NCBI GenBank assembly: GCA_040954595.2
Contig: CM082587.2
Location: forward strand, 5,320,206 to 5,384,205
Length of the DNA stretch: 64,000 nt
Direction: 5' to 3'
From: Balanoglossus misakiensis
Lineage: Eukaryota; Animalia; Hemichordata
The notes under the pieces were generated by a model, which saw only the letters and a program-made list of their open reading frames with translations, had not been told where the DNA came from and searched no databases. The position numbers and the translations under genes were made by a program. Shown one piece after another: positions 13,001-27,139 of the stretch. Positions within the stretch are counted from its first letter, which is position 1; every line of letters begins with the position of its first letter.

Positions 13001-13458
13001 CCAGGAAGTATATACCAGTCCTTGAGAATATGCCCAGCAAGTACATCTACGAACCTTGGACGGCTCCTCTGACCGTGCAACAGAAAGCTGGTTGTCTGAT
13101 TGGCCAGGATTATCCCATGCCAATCGTGGATCACGACGTGGTCAAGCAACGTAACATGCAACGAATGAAGAAAGCACGCGAAGGCAAACAAGCGTCAAAC
13201 AGGTCTTCTGAAAGTGAAGGGTCAATGGAGGTGAAAGGTGAGAGTTCCTGGGGTCATACATTGTTATGACCTTCACTTCTAGAATTTACCATTCTGAGAT
13301 TGGACTTGCATAACAAGAAAAGTTACTCAAATATTCCTTTTGTGAAAATGTTTTTATTTTATTTTACAGATTCAAAGAAAAGAAAGTCCTATGGAGAAAA
13401 CACATCAGCTTCGAAATCCAGAAAGATCACAGAGTTTACCACCAAAACCAAGAAATAA
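10038..13458 (+). CDS. phr6-4: (6-4) photolyase (cryptochrome/photolyase family)
   Basis: Exons 10038-10255, 10573-10767, 10887-11005, 11250-11404, 11569-11712, 11900-12067, 12355-12495, 12629-12780, 13005-13237, 13370-13458. Motifs [94 protein letters not shown]; short basic C-terminal tail. Confidence 0.93.
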
Positions 13459-14378
13459 ATAAAACTTATGTCGTCATCAAACATTGTGAATCAGAAACTT
13501 CTGAAACCAAAGTTAAAATATTTTCAGTGAAGCAAGCACTATGACAGACTGTGTCACAAGAGTATACTTTCAAACAATATAAGAATCATTTCTCTTTAAT
13601 AAAGAGGTTGTCATTGTCATTTATATGGAAACAGGCGTCTGACTTTTTTTCAACCTACAACCAGCAATTTGAAGGTGATCCCAGGACTTGCAGCTGTAGG
13701 GTATGCAGTATGCATTTTGTGTCTTGTTTATTCCACAACTTTGAAAGCTTCTTTCAGGCTGAAACGGAGTTGCGGTGACTTGCGTATCGCACATCACAGA
13801 AATACGTCATACCGCGCCCGCTTGGGATTTCAACGATCTCCAGCCTTTTATATCATCATGGTTACTGTTTATCTTATCGTTCATCTGCGCGTTCAGGTGC
13901 GTGCTAAACAACCGAGTGCTGTGATATCACGATTTGTTCGCGTAACATCTCATGAGACTCGGGAAGTGCCGTGTGAAAGATGCGCGATGCAAACAAGTGT
14001 AAAATTAAGACGAAATTGAAAATCACAGAGTTGGTGTGCATTGAGAAAACCTGCTCTAAGGCACGTGAGAATGCTTCAACATCGTTTTAATCTCTGCCAA
14101 ACTCGCGGTATAGTTATCAAATACAGACAAATAATCTCGTCAGAACAGCATAAATTCTTCAATTACTCGTTTTTTCCCCGTTTTCAAACCCCACATTTAA
14201 GACAATACAAATCTCGATCGTCATCTTGTTACTATCTGATCGTAAAGCTGACAATTAGGAGTATACTCTTGCACGTAAAATCACGAGGACGCGCATTTTG
14301 AAAGCGACATATATTGTCAGTATACACTCTTTTTTTATACAGGCTAAGCTTCTGACGTTAATTTGCACATCGTTAATC

Positions 14379-14525
14379 ATCATTCATTCATTCATTCATT
14401 CATTCATTCATTCATTCATTCATTCATTCATTCATTCATTCATTCATTCATCCACCCACCCAATCACCAATTTTCGTTCGTTCGTTCATCCATCCATCCA
14501 TTCGTTCGTTCGTTCATTCATTCAT
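14379..14525. repeat. (TTCA)n microsatellite with degenerate tail
   Basis: Visible tandem 4-mers. Confidence 0.93.
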
Positions 14526-15093
14526 GAAGTTGTATATTCGTCGCCACTGTTTGAAAACTCGCCAGTAGTAATTCGTGGATAAGTATCATTTTAGGCTTCA
14601 TGTCATTATTTACTTTTTATTTTAACCCATGCATCCAAAAAGAGAGATGCGACGGATCAAAATGAGCCAAAAGCAAATACAGAGGGCGTCATTATTTGAC
14701 CTTTGCACTTTCACACTGAACGACTTTCTTTGAACGGCTGTTCCATTCTGCGGTTGTACGCCCGGGAACCGACCTCGATATGACATTCATTGTTTGGTAC
14801 TCATCATAGTTATGGGTCGTTGTCAATGTCAGTCGATTATTCTGTTATGTATGAAATAGTTACGTTCTAATAAAATGCCACTGGTTACTGTTATTTAAAA
14901 TGTCTGTTTGGAATGATTTCATATTTGGGGATGGGAATTGTGTGGTGTATTTGCGGCAGTGGAAGGTAAACTACTGTGCCTGCAGCGGCTATAGGTAATT
15001 CCCCGTTAGTGTATACGCATCGGCTGTTGCATGTTTTAGCAGTGTGTGTCTAAGTCTGCGAACGACAGAAATATTGGCTGGGTTGCAGGGTGA

Positions 15094-15181
15094 ATGGAAT
15101 TGCAGAAGATGAGTTCAAAACAGGAATTTCATCCAGTAAATCAAGATGAGGATGGGCCGCAGGTTCGGATAGCGATAACAG
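15094..15181 (+). CDS. Candidate alternative first coding exon of the stomatin gene
   Basis: ATG gives MELQKMSSKQEFHPVNQDEDGPQVRIAIT, then G|GTGAGG; the phase-1 donor matches the phase-1 acceptor at 30589. Confidence 0.55.
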
Positions 15182-18100
15182 GTGAGGCGGGCTTGGATAA
15201 ACACGGGCTTTCGTTTTCATAGTATCGACTTGTGAGTACACTATACACTGTGTGTATGCGTGAAATGTACACACATTTTACAATGGCGTGAATAACTTTG
15301 AAGCATCCTATTGTGACCTTACAATACATTGTCCATCCGCGATGAAAGATACTGTTGATTGTACACACATCCCAGTACCACAAGCAAACATGACACCCAT
15401 CGTTTTTATTGGCATGCTTTCAATTCAAAATCTACGCGCCCGGCTGCCAGGAATGTCATATATGAACCCAGGCACTGCATCGTCGAAGTGGAGGCGTGCC
15501 CTCTGAACTCGGCCATACGCTTGAATTGTCGAGATCGAATCATGGCTACGTGATGTTTTCACCGTTGTCGCAGGAATGAACAATACACCGCAGTCATTCA
15601 ATAATATGTCAGTCAGCGGCTTATCTTGCCCTATCGTAACTCCTGTTTTCCCTTTTCTCTCATGTCAAGGACAAAGACGCCATCTTGAGACCATCTTTAC
15701 TTGTTCTTGAGTGAACAGCAAGAGCAGTACGTTAGGCATAACAATACATCATTTAGTCTGGGCAGTGCAGTATCTTGTATTTACCATAAATGAAATAAAT
15801 TATCATAATTATCAATTAAAATGTGTGAGACATAATAATGCCAATCATGTATTTTCACAAACGGGGGCAATATACACTGATAATAGTTCTATTATATCAC
15901 ACGAAACAATTATTTTGCATGATTCTGTGAACAGAACATCATTTGCCAACAGCTCAAAATGGCGCGGGCCAGTCACAACAAATGTAGAAAAAAATCATTT
16001 GTAACAGATACATGCACAATTCCAGTGGTGTGATGGGTTATCAAGGACGTACACCATCTGTCTGACTGATAGTGATAATTGTTTGTCGACTGAAACGGCA
16101 ATAGTTACCTAAAAATCTTGCATCAGTCTAATCATCATAACCATCAAAAGGATGAAGTTTTTAAAACAATGTTCTCTGCAAAATTTGGTGCTGGAATATT
16201 TTCTTCCATTGCCAGATCATTTGCAGATGCTACCATGGATTTGTTATGGCAATGTGTGTTTTGATCGATGGAAGTCCCTGCCTAAATAAATGTAAACCCT
16301 GCTGTTTGGCTTAAGAAGATTTCTGTTGGCATTAATGGCTGTTCTGTCTGACAACTGATGCTGTCTGACGTTAAAGACTCTTCTGCTACATGTATGCTGG
16401 CAGTTAACATCCATATTTTTTTTTCTGATGAAATTCAAAAGAAACAACTATACCACCAGTACTTCTATTAGAGCCATCAAAAGGTTTATTTTAAAAATAA
16501 ATTAAAAACGGGAAGAAACCCAGGATCGATATCACTGAAAAGTCCATTGCTTATTGTTTGCGATGGAGACAGCTTACAGAATAGCATACTGCTATTTTCT
16601 GAAATACAGTCACTCCACATAGTGCTTGAAATAACCCTTGGAAAATACATTCATATTCAAAGTGTATTCAGATTAAGCAGATATTTTTAGCATCAGATGG
16701 GGTTTAAATTAGTTGTATGTACAGGGCGAGTGTCTTCTGGAAATGGTTAATTGCCAGCAACGTACTGAACTCAATACATATGGTAAAACTATAATATACA
16801 TGTACACACCGGGTATAAATGGAAATGAGGTTGACCTGGGTCATTAAAGCTGCTTTGAATTTGATCACACACTTCATGAATTCAGGTTTGCTTCAATTTA
16901 CAAATATGTAAAATGAAAAGTAGCGTTTATTACTGGGAGCCACAGTCTGTTTCCGCCGTTTGGTTTTTGAGCAGTTGTAAGATTTATTGGGCGTTTTATG
17001 TGGTGAAGCACCATAATGCAGATGTAGTCATGTCTAGCTTGAGATGAATGAAACACCAGCACAAACAGCTGCGTTTTGGAAATGTGATGATATGCTTTAA
17101 ATATAGTTACGCGCATAATTGATTGTCTATAGGACCAGTGCCTTCTGATCAACCTATGACCTGTCATTGTATACTATGTACATACACATGTATATATGCT
17201 GGTGTTTAAGGTAATAGCGCATCTTGAAAATCAAAGTGAAAGTTTTTTCTCAGGTATTGCCCAAGGCAACTTTAGATAATCTCTCTTACAATTATGAATA
17301 AAACATTTGAATGTGAGCGCAGCATTTGTCTCAAATGTTAAATTCAAAATGGCACATCTTTGTTAACTCTTAATAAGAGAAAAAATTATTTTTATGAAAA
17401 CAATATGATGTTGAACACCTTGTTTTGTATATTTTCAAAAAAGACTGCTCACATACTTATAGTAAAGAATTGTGAAGTTCGGAGGATTATCATTTTTCTG
17501 AAAATCTATTCCTGAGGTATTGTACCTGGGGTATGTGTATAATCCTTCCCTGTTTTAAGGCTGTCTTATTGTTCTGACTGTGTGGTGTGTTTGCATTATC
17601 AACCTTCTATAATGTCGACCCCAAAGGTTAAGCAAGAAAGAGGAAAACACTATACTCCTTTAGAACCTATTTAGCATTCTACAACTCTCTCAAGAGCTCA
17701 TTACATTGTCTGGGCTGTAATGGATTCAGTATTAAGTACATGTGTGTAAAATGGATGAATTTAGTCTATAGGAATCTATGTCGTCCGTCTTGGTTTGTTG
17801 ATTCTTAGAACAACATCATCCCATTTGTTCATCATGTGTGTTATTTAAAGCTTTCAATTACTATACAATTTTTAAAGTCAAACTGTCTTCATTGTTGTCA
17901 ATCTCACTTTTCATTATTGCTAGCAAAAAAATATGGACAAGTGAATATTGGCCTTCCTTGATTTCAAAATAAGAATGAGCCTACTAGTTCAATATTTTAA
18001 GGTAAAAATCACAGCATGATAACACACTCTATTTTTCCTGTAATGGTTTATATCCTTGTACATGTATGCATGACAGTCTCATTGCAGGAACCGGTCTTTT

Positions 18101-19403
18101 CAAAACCTATCTTTTGTGAAGAAACAATCATGCATGAAAATACATTACCTGGCACTTGAATGCGCTTGTTTTTCTCAACGCTTTTGGTGTTATCTATTAT
18201 TAAATCTTGATATTCATAAAACATGTTATACAAACGGTGAAGGTTGTGAAAGATACAGTTTCTGTCACTTTGTCATGATTTCAATGGGCACAGTTATTTC
18301 ATCAAAAGATGATAATGTGCATGATCATTGTCAGCTCTCAAAAAATCACGACTTACAGATAGAGTGGCAATAATAGAAATTGGACGTCAGGCGTCAAATT
18401 CTGATGAGCGGTTAGTGTATCATGATTCTATAAAAGAAGCAGGGAGATTTTATTAGTACTTGAAATGAAACATCTGTGTGCGGAGAGAATGTCTTCCAGA
18501 GTTCAGGTATCCTAGCTGTTGTGAAGATTCCTGACTGACATGCCAATCCGAATGATAGGCAGGCTGCCAACCACTAAACTCCAAACCCTTGTGATTCCTC
18601 TATGGAATGATACACCTTAAACACTGCCGGCAGTGCGATCAGTTTCTGCTGCTTGGAATGGTGACGTAGCACAGAGATTCAAAGAAGAAGCATAGACATA
18701 TTTGTGTCCGAGTAACTGGATTGCATTCCTATAAGACAAGAATTGGAGAGAAGGGGGGGGGGGGGGGCAGTTAATGTCAGGTTTATTGTACCACAGTTTC
18801 AGACTCTGTATCGTAAGAATGCATCTATTATTAACGTGCTGCCCTCTGCTGCATGGCCACTTGCCAGATGACGCACATGCATCACAAATCTGCCTGCCGT
18901 TGCCTGGCAATAGCCGCATCACCAGGGGCAGCAACGATAATGCCGATATCTGGGTGCTTAGACTCCGCGATAAAGTGGCATTCTGGGGGATTTATCAAGA
19001 TGTGCGCTGTACGTACGTTCTTTGGGGGGCATTGTACGGTTCACTGCGTGTTGTGATGTTGTTCCAATTCCAGGAGTTCTGTTCTCGGAATGCTTTCATC
19101 TTTTCAACTACAGTAACTTAGGGCAACTGAGTTGAGCCAGTGCCCATGGCATGAACTAAATAAATCTGTTTTTCTTGGATTGAAAGTTACAACTTGCCTT
19201 GTTTTTCAAAGTAATTCAATTCACTCAATCATGGAGTGATCGTATTTTTGATGTAATGTACAGCACTGCGTATAAATTATTATTCCAGGTCGGATGTTTA
19301 TGTTGCTATTTTTATCCTGTTGCAATCTATCATGGAAATCAGATTATATCTCATCTTCATTCGGACTTCATTCATCAAGAATGCTGTAATAATGGAGGAT
19401 TGC

Positions 19404-19437
19404 ATTTATTATTTTATTTATTTATGCATTTGGTAAC

Positions 19438-19492
<55 letters not shown>

Positions 19493-19541
19493 TCATCATC
19501 ACATCATCATCACCACCACCACCACCACCACCATCATCACC
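19404..19541. repeat. (TTTA)n plus (CAT/CAC)n microsatellites
   Basis: Visible tandem repeats. Confidence 0.9.
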
Positions 19542-22500
19542 GAACCTGTCTCATACAATTTACAGCTGCTTATATAGGGGGAGTCTTCAACAATTCATCC
19601 TGCTAGAACATAAACCAGTCTCTGGAGCAAACTGATTATTGGATTATAAAGTACCCGGATTGTGAACATATTCTGTTGTTTAATTCAATTTTATAATCCT
19701 GGATTCTGTAGATCTGCACAGTATCAAGTAGATTTAATTATAAATCAAAATTGAATGAGTTGCTTAAAATCTGGGGCCGAGGCAACAATTATTTAGAGGG
19801 ATGGGCGGGTACAGCTGCACATAAATCAGGCGATCTGCCCTTTGTATCAAATTAATACTCCAGCATGTTGAAACGCCCTGAGTGTTATCACCATTGTCAC
19901 TGTTGTATTAACTGAATTTGTGCTTGGACTGAAATTCAACTGTTAATGATAGATAACAGTAGGGCTGTAAAAGAGGAATGCTTACAACTTACCATCATCA
20001 TAAGCTTGTTTTCCTCAGCGAAGAGCATATTTGAAAATGTTTGATATTTTGCTGTTTTTCAATTGAATTATTGCCAAGAGCAAGATTGTGATTATTGAAC
20101 ACTGCTCTCTCCATAGGTTTCACATTTGCCAATTCATATGCACAGCTGTCATCTTCTTTGGGGAATACTATACCAGTATGACGTCAGTTGTATTCATGCC
20201 TTGAAAATGTTGTGTGATGCCGTTTCAATACTGTATTATAAAATAGGAAGATGTTGCACAAAGTGTATCTACCACTGCAAGGGTATTTTGTCACCATAGC
20301 GGTATATCCTTTCTCGTAACATTGTGACAGAGTTTTAACAATATGGCACCACCAAGACTGTATTTAATGAGATATCTGAAATTTCTCATTTTCGGTAAAA
20401 TAAAATATTTCACTAGATATCAATTTTTTAATTTAACCGTGTGCTTGCAACCAATTTGCAAATTTAGTGTAGAGGCTTCCGTACTCAACATGTAACAGTG
20501 TGTCACTCTGAGACTCAGCTGTACAATGAAATCAGGTGTTTCATGTGCAGGAATGAGAAGGCTGTATTAAAAATCACAGGAAGGCGGGAGCTGTCAGGAT
20601 GATATTATAGCTGTATGCTGAAGCTGTATAACATATCAGCTAAAGAGACATGTATAGTCAACTAAATGGAGATTAGTCTTACTCCAAAGGGACATGCAGT
20701 GAAATTAGCAACAACGTTCTCTCTGCTGACAGACCCATTTTTTTTAGCCCGTATAGGTTTTAGACTTGACGGTATGAAAGTGTTTGTAATTTGTCATCTT
20801 ATTAGATCTGACTGGCGTGATACATCTCGGAAGCTACTTGATACAGATGATTACTGTACAGTGAAATTCACATCCTGGTGGTGAGCTTTGGCTAGCTATT
20901 GATGAGTGTGTACCCAGTGGTCGGCTGAATTTTGAAGTGATGACAGAATTTAATTATAGAAAGAAACCGGTTTACAACGTCCCAGTCAATCAATGAAGCA
21001 GCTTAGACTGTACTTGATGATACATCAGAAAAGTAACTACTTAAGTACTCTACATGATGATTGCCTGTTAATGTGGGAAGGTCAGGAGCATTTAGATTCT
21101 GATTGCATGAACCACATGCCCTTTATGCATAGTGAACCTGGCTTTGCTTGCTCGGCGGAGATTGGCTAAAATGTTGAGCGTGCATACATGTATGAGAGAA
21201 TCTAGTTCATCCGTTGGGCTCGTCAGAGTCATAATCCGGTAAGCTGATCTGGAAAGTGTAGTGAAAAGGGATTAAATGTGGATTTTAATGCAATCGTAGC
21301 ATCGAAGTCGTGTACAAATTGAACTGGGTCAAAATGACAGGCTTTTTCTGAACTGCCAACCTCCCTGCCAATTTAATCACATTGCCCTTGAATTGTAGAA
21401 CACAGCCGGGAATTTATGCAAAAATGTGTCATGTACTGGTACATATGTAAAAGCCCTGGAACTTGAGGTCATAGACTATCTATGATAGAGTTGGCACAGA
21501 AGGACATTTACCAATTCTGCCCACAAGAGGGCTCTCTACACTGTAATAATGAATTAGAAGCCAGTTTTTGTGTCCTAAATTTTTTCACAGAACAGACGTG
21601 AGCTATTAGTGTATTTTATGGATACAATATCCTCACCAGGTTTTTCTTTTAAGAAAAGTTGCGTTAGAAGCTCGATTGCATATGTTTTATTTTTTGAGTA
21701 ATTCTTTTAATAAAGTTACCATAGCAAACCTACTCGGAAATGAACAAACAGAAACTATACGTTCAAATGAATATTGCAGCTGCAATGGGATTATGCTCTG
21801 AAATGTAGTCTAGGGTCACAGTACTCAATTTCCCTGGTACGTTTCATCTGAAATTTTGAGGTGCCTGGATGTGTCACCCCGGGCTACCTGCGTTGATTAC
21901 AATAGTCATCATGACAAAAGTTATCTCGGGTAATCCGGGAATGAAGGGCAACTTGGCTGGCTGTGTCAGATTTCCCGTAATGGAAGCGTGTACGTACAAT
22001 GTACGTTACCATGGAGTCTGACTGATAGAATGAGAGGAGGATTGAATTGTACTATAAACTCTTTGGAAATGTTGGCTGCTGATAGTTAAAAGAGTGCCCT
22101 TAAGCAAGGTGACTCTTAGGCCACTTGAGTCAACTTTGGGCAACAAATGAAAATTCTCCACATTTAATAGTCCAGGGAGTTTTTTGCAGACGTCACAACG
22201 TGGTATGTCATTACTGGCTTAGAGGGCACACACAGCAATCGTAGAAGAAGCAATATAGCCCAGCACTGTAGCAGTTGAATTTAAACTCAATTTAACCTCA
22301 TCAGTTGCTTTTTTTCACTCATAAAGACAGGCTTGAAGCAATCAAACGCCCAGCTAGGAGTTGACTCAATCAGACTCTGCAAGTGAATACTTGCATGACT
22401 TACTCCTGAGTTAATTGTTTTGCTCTTACCAAGGATTGTCACTCACCAACTAATTTCCTATCTTTTTTTAAGCTGTGTGAATAAAAAAACACGTACTGTG

Positions 22501-23857
22501 AGTTTTTGTGCCTGTATTTTACTCTTTTAGCACATTATGTTTTAACTTACCTGTATATTATCCATGAACATTCCATGTACACAAAGTGTATGATATATTT
22601 TATGAATACATACAAGTATTGTGTATATTTATAGTATTCAATAAAAACATAACGTCTACTGAATCATGAATGCAGATAAATATCTTTTAAAGGCAATTTA
22701 ACAAAAATATGCAGTTTGGAAGAGTATAAAATGACGATTTCGTTCTGTTATGCATGGTAATAGAACTCAGTAATTACTCTCAAACTCGGGTCAACTCAAC
22801 ACGGATCTCTTGTACGGCTGTACACGTATCAATTGAGTGGTCTTTTATATGCGGGGTTATAATTTCTATTTATAGACGCAGAGAGACGCAAAAAAAAAAA
22901 AAAAACACTGCCTGCAGGCATGAGCCAATGAGATAAGTGTGAAGAAATTCTATTTATACCCGGTAGCTGTAAGTCCACATTTTGTTGGCATGTTACAATT
23001 GCTCTGTGCAACCAAATGATCTCTTGGTGGTTTGATGTACTTTTTGTCTGTCTGCAGTGATGTTATTGTTTTGAGTACATATATAATAACTTGTAAAATA
23101 AAACTAACGGTAGATGCGGAGAAGATTATTTCATTATAAAAACCCCACTCGCCACATTCCAATTACAGAGCATCTGGTATCAGATTTGAATGTAGGAATT
23201 ACAGGAATGTTTCCATGCTGATTCGCACAAGCGTACGGATTAAACTTTGATAGGATTTTGCAGACTGTGTGTGTGTCTTGAATAACTTTACAGTTATAGC
23301 CAGCCAAGAAAGACCAGTAAACTTTCTTGGTACAAGCTTCGCAATGTGTCTGTTTTCTTCTTCTGGTAAACTGAGCAAAAAACAGTATAAATACTGATGC
23401 ACATGAACAAACATGGCTGCAGTGCAGCATAAAAAATTCATTGCATAGTAAGGATGCAGTACGTTACACAGTGCTGATAAATATTACACACTGGACTCTG
23501 ACTGCAGACTCGATCCCTTGCTTGCTAATCATTCACAGTAACCATATATTGGTTTGAACATTATCTAGGGAGTATACGCATGAGAAATTTGTGTGAGATA
23601 CTTGAATAAGTTCAGACAGCGAAAGTGATATAGAGAGACATCAGAGTGAATTCAAGTGAATTATTTGTGATGAGCTGTTCTCATCAAAGGTTACAACCCT
23701 AGTAGTCGAGCTGAAGCTTTTCCATAAAAATTTTATGGGACTATAAAGGTGTTACACCTTTTCTGTACCGGTAGTCGCTTTGTATTTATGCTAGTGTCAG
23801 CTCAATATCCTAATCATGTGTATAGAGAGATAAGTTTATAATTCTAGGTGAGAAATT

Positions 23858-23904
23858 GAGTGAGTGAATGAATGAATGAATGAATGAATGAATGAATGAA
23901 TGAA
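23858..23904. repeat. (TGAA)n microsatellite
   Basis: Visible tandem 4-mers. Confidence 0.9.
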
Positions 23905-26900
23905 TATGGTGTAGCCAATAACAAACATTCTTATACGTCCATTATTGTCAATATTTGATTTTTTTTCTGAAAACTGAACAAGGGCCTGTCGAGCACTGGG
24001 AATGCATTAGTGTGCGTAACTTGGTTGATGGCACAGTTTCACAGCTGTGTTTTATGTACGGATATTTTTAGAATCGGGTTTAGGTTTCACTGTATACAGC
24101 TGTTATGTTTGCCATCCGTACAGTAGCTGAAAGGTGCATCTCAAATACTGTAGTCTGGCTGCTTCAGTTGTACATGTATCTAGTAGGTGTACCGTTACTT
24201 TCATGATTGAATATCTCAACATGAACGTTTCAAAGTAACGGTTGGCAGACTTAACTGTCATGTGTCATATCTATCAACTTGTAATACTCTATTAACGTGA
24301 TCTTAATGAGCACTAGCAATTATTTACCAAATGCTGTGAACTGTTTTCTTTTGAAAGGCAGACTCCGCTGCTATTATGCGACTTTCCCATCCCTCATAAG
24401 TGTAATCAGATTATGAAGGGTGATAAAACTTCAATTTTGTCGATTGGAGTTGTGATTACATTGATAGCTTCAGACACATTGAGATTCCGTCATGGAAATG
24501 ACAAATTGTACCGGGGGTATTAATGGTATTAATTTTCAAGATTACATCTCTAATAGACTGTATATGCACCAAGCTAGTCTATCACTGCCTTTGTGATATT
24601 TTAAAATCCAGATTCAAAGACCTTATCATCAGTTGTACCATTCATTCTTGAATTATTGCTAAATTTTGCAATTTTTCAACCAATTTTATCAGCTAGATAA
24701 TCAAGATTACCACTGGATAGAAATTATATATATAATTTTTACGTTGCCATTTGCTGTTTACAAATGCAATGAGATCTCCAGTTGCAATAGACTCTAACCA
24801 GAAATAGCTTGTCAGGGTCACTAGTCCCCCATGGACTTACTGTTCAAGGGATTAAATTTAGAGATTAGGCTCAGTCTGTCCGTCTGGAATCATAACTCAG
24901 ACATGCCTGAGGCAGTTTCAGGCACACTGATGGTACAAGGACAATTATACAGAGACCATGAGCATTTTGATTTATTTCTAGATCTATATAGCTGATCCAA
25001 TTTATTGTATGGATGCCACAGGTGACCATATATAGCTTTTTTGCCATATATGGTATGGTAATTGTGTTATAGGCCGAAAAAGTGCACTGTCTGTATGTCT
25101 GTCTGCCTGTCTGTGTGTCTGCCCACTGCAAAAATTTGCCTCAATCGCTAACTAATTTGTATGTATGACCAGTTAATGTGCAATTTATGATAGGCCATTG
25201 CTGGAATATGTCAGCTGTATTGAGTGGAGATTAACACACATTTGTCATTCTTATAAAGCAATGTTGACAGTGGCCCAGGTGAATTTCCTCAACTGATAAT
25301 TCAATCTGTCTGCTGTAAGAAAAAAAGGAGGAAACCCATTTATTTTCCAATACACCATTGACTTTACGATTTCTTAGATTCCTTGGTGCCTTAATTGAAG
25401 TTTGATAAATTTTATCCATCTGATCATTCAGAATACAGAATGGTGCTGCAGTGTACGGGATAAAGCATATTGGTAGTGACAGGTTTATAAATCAGAAGAG
25501 TTGCTGTGGGTAGGTGTCCGAATGTGGAAAAAATATTCCCTACCACTGCATTGCGTTTCTGAAAAAAAAAATTGTAAAAAGTGCAAATTAATTAACAGCG
25601 CCCTCTGTAGACCTCAAAGAGAAGTCTGTCATTACGTTATTCATATACAGGTGCACCATTTTGACATGGTGCATGCTTATAAGTGTAATTAATAATAATG
25701 AACAAGTTGGCTGAAAAACCCTATTTATACATGATAGATGATACAGTGTATATTCTCATACTCATCTAAAATTTTCAATACGAATTTTGTCCAATGGGGG
25801 CGCCATGCGGAATTACGTTAAAATTATACTGCTTTACTATTTTGACTTTCTGACATGTACGTGCGTCAACTGTGGGATTTATCAGAATGGCACATATTAA
25901 TGTTGAATGGAGAAATCTTATATAGATTATGGGTCATTTCATATACTCTTTGCAGATGTAGAGGATTACCGCACTGTGATGTGTACTGAGGTGTTGTACA
26001 TGATGGCCTCAATACTTCAGTTATTCATTTGCGACATTCAGTCCCCACGCACTTAAAATAACATTTACTGAAATTGCGCTGGCTTGGGACAATTTATTTC
26101 CCAGGCTGTTGCTGCAAATTTGCCATGATGCAAATTGACTGAATAAATCTGCAAGACTCTTTGCAAATTTTAATGAGTTAATTTTGCTGCAAAATTTTAA
26201 ATTTCATGTTGACTGGCAGAGAATATCACTACAGAGAGAGAATTCAATACATGATGCCTCAGTGAAATTCGTGTCAATCTGATTAAAATCGGTTCATCTC
26301 GGTCTTTGACTTTTTACTCCTTCTATATATGGACTTTACTTGATCTCTTGAGGTTGCCGTTCCATAGAAACACAAAAGGTGACGGCATTTGTAATCAGAT
26401 TTCAGAATGACTAGCCAGGAAATTTGAATCTATGCACCACTGCAGATACCCGTAACCCTGCATTGCATTATAATAACAAAATGTCAATGTATATTGCAGT
26501 CGTGTGTTTGTTCATAGTTTCACCAAAGAAAAAAACATGATGTTTCAGATCTCAAATAACTTGACAACGAATTAAACTAGGGATGTTGCCACATATTAAA
26601 ACAATAAATATGTCATATGACAGTCTAGAATCGTTGCATTTATTTGTGTTGGCTAATGTAAATCTATTCAAATTGTTGCCTAATTTGTAAGTGGGCAATT
26701 ATCTGCAATTACAGTCGGTGTTTGGAGCGCATATTTACATGTCATACCTGCAGGATTATGGAGTATTAAATTTTCCGCGGACTAAAGCACTTTGAATCAG
26801 GGGAGAGATAGGCAAGATTGATGGAGTGTTGTCACGCGAAAATGTTCCTAAAATTAATGAAGATGGGCTCAGGTTGGAGTGAATTGCCGCATGTTAATGT

Positions 26901-27139
26901 GATCTTGAGTTCCATCCCGAAACAGAGTGGGATCACACCAGAATCTGTGAAGTCTGACTTCTGGGGGCACCCCTACTGGCACAGTGGAATGTCGGGCCGT
27001 GCTAGTCATAATCATTCGTTGGCTGATAGGCGCTGGAGAATCTTGAAGGTTGGGATAGTTAGTGTGTTTAGTCCGTGTGTGTCGGGCAGCTAATACACAG
27101 GAGTGTGCGTCAGGTATTGTCTGAGATACAGACACACAC

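Noticed and set aside
10038-13458. Circadian cryptochrome (CRY1/2-type) call
   Set aside because: The [17 protein letters not shown] segment, intact HHLARH and short tail fit (6-4) photolyase better; a tree would be decisive.
18470-21245. Further possible stomatin first exons (donor-like sites near 18507 and 21239)
   Set aside because: Wrong phase or in-frame stops relative to the phase-1 acceptor at 30589.
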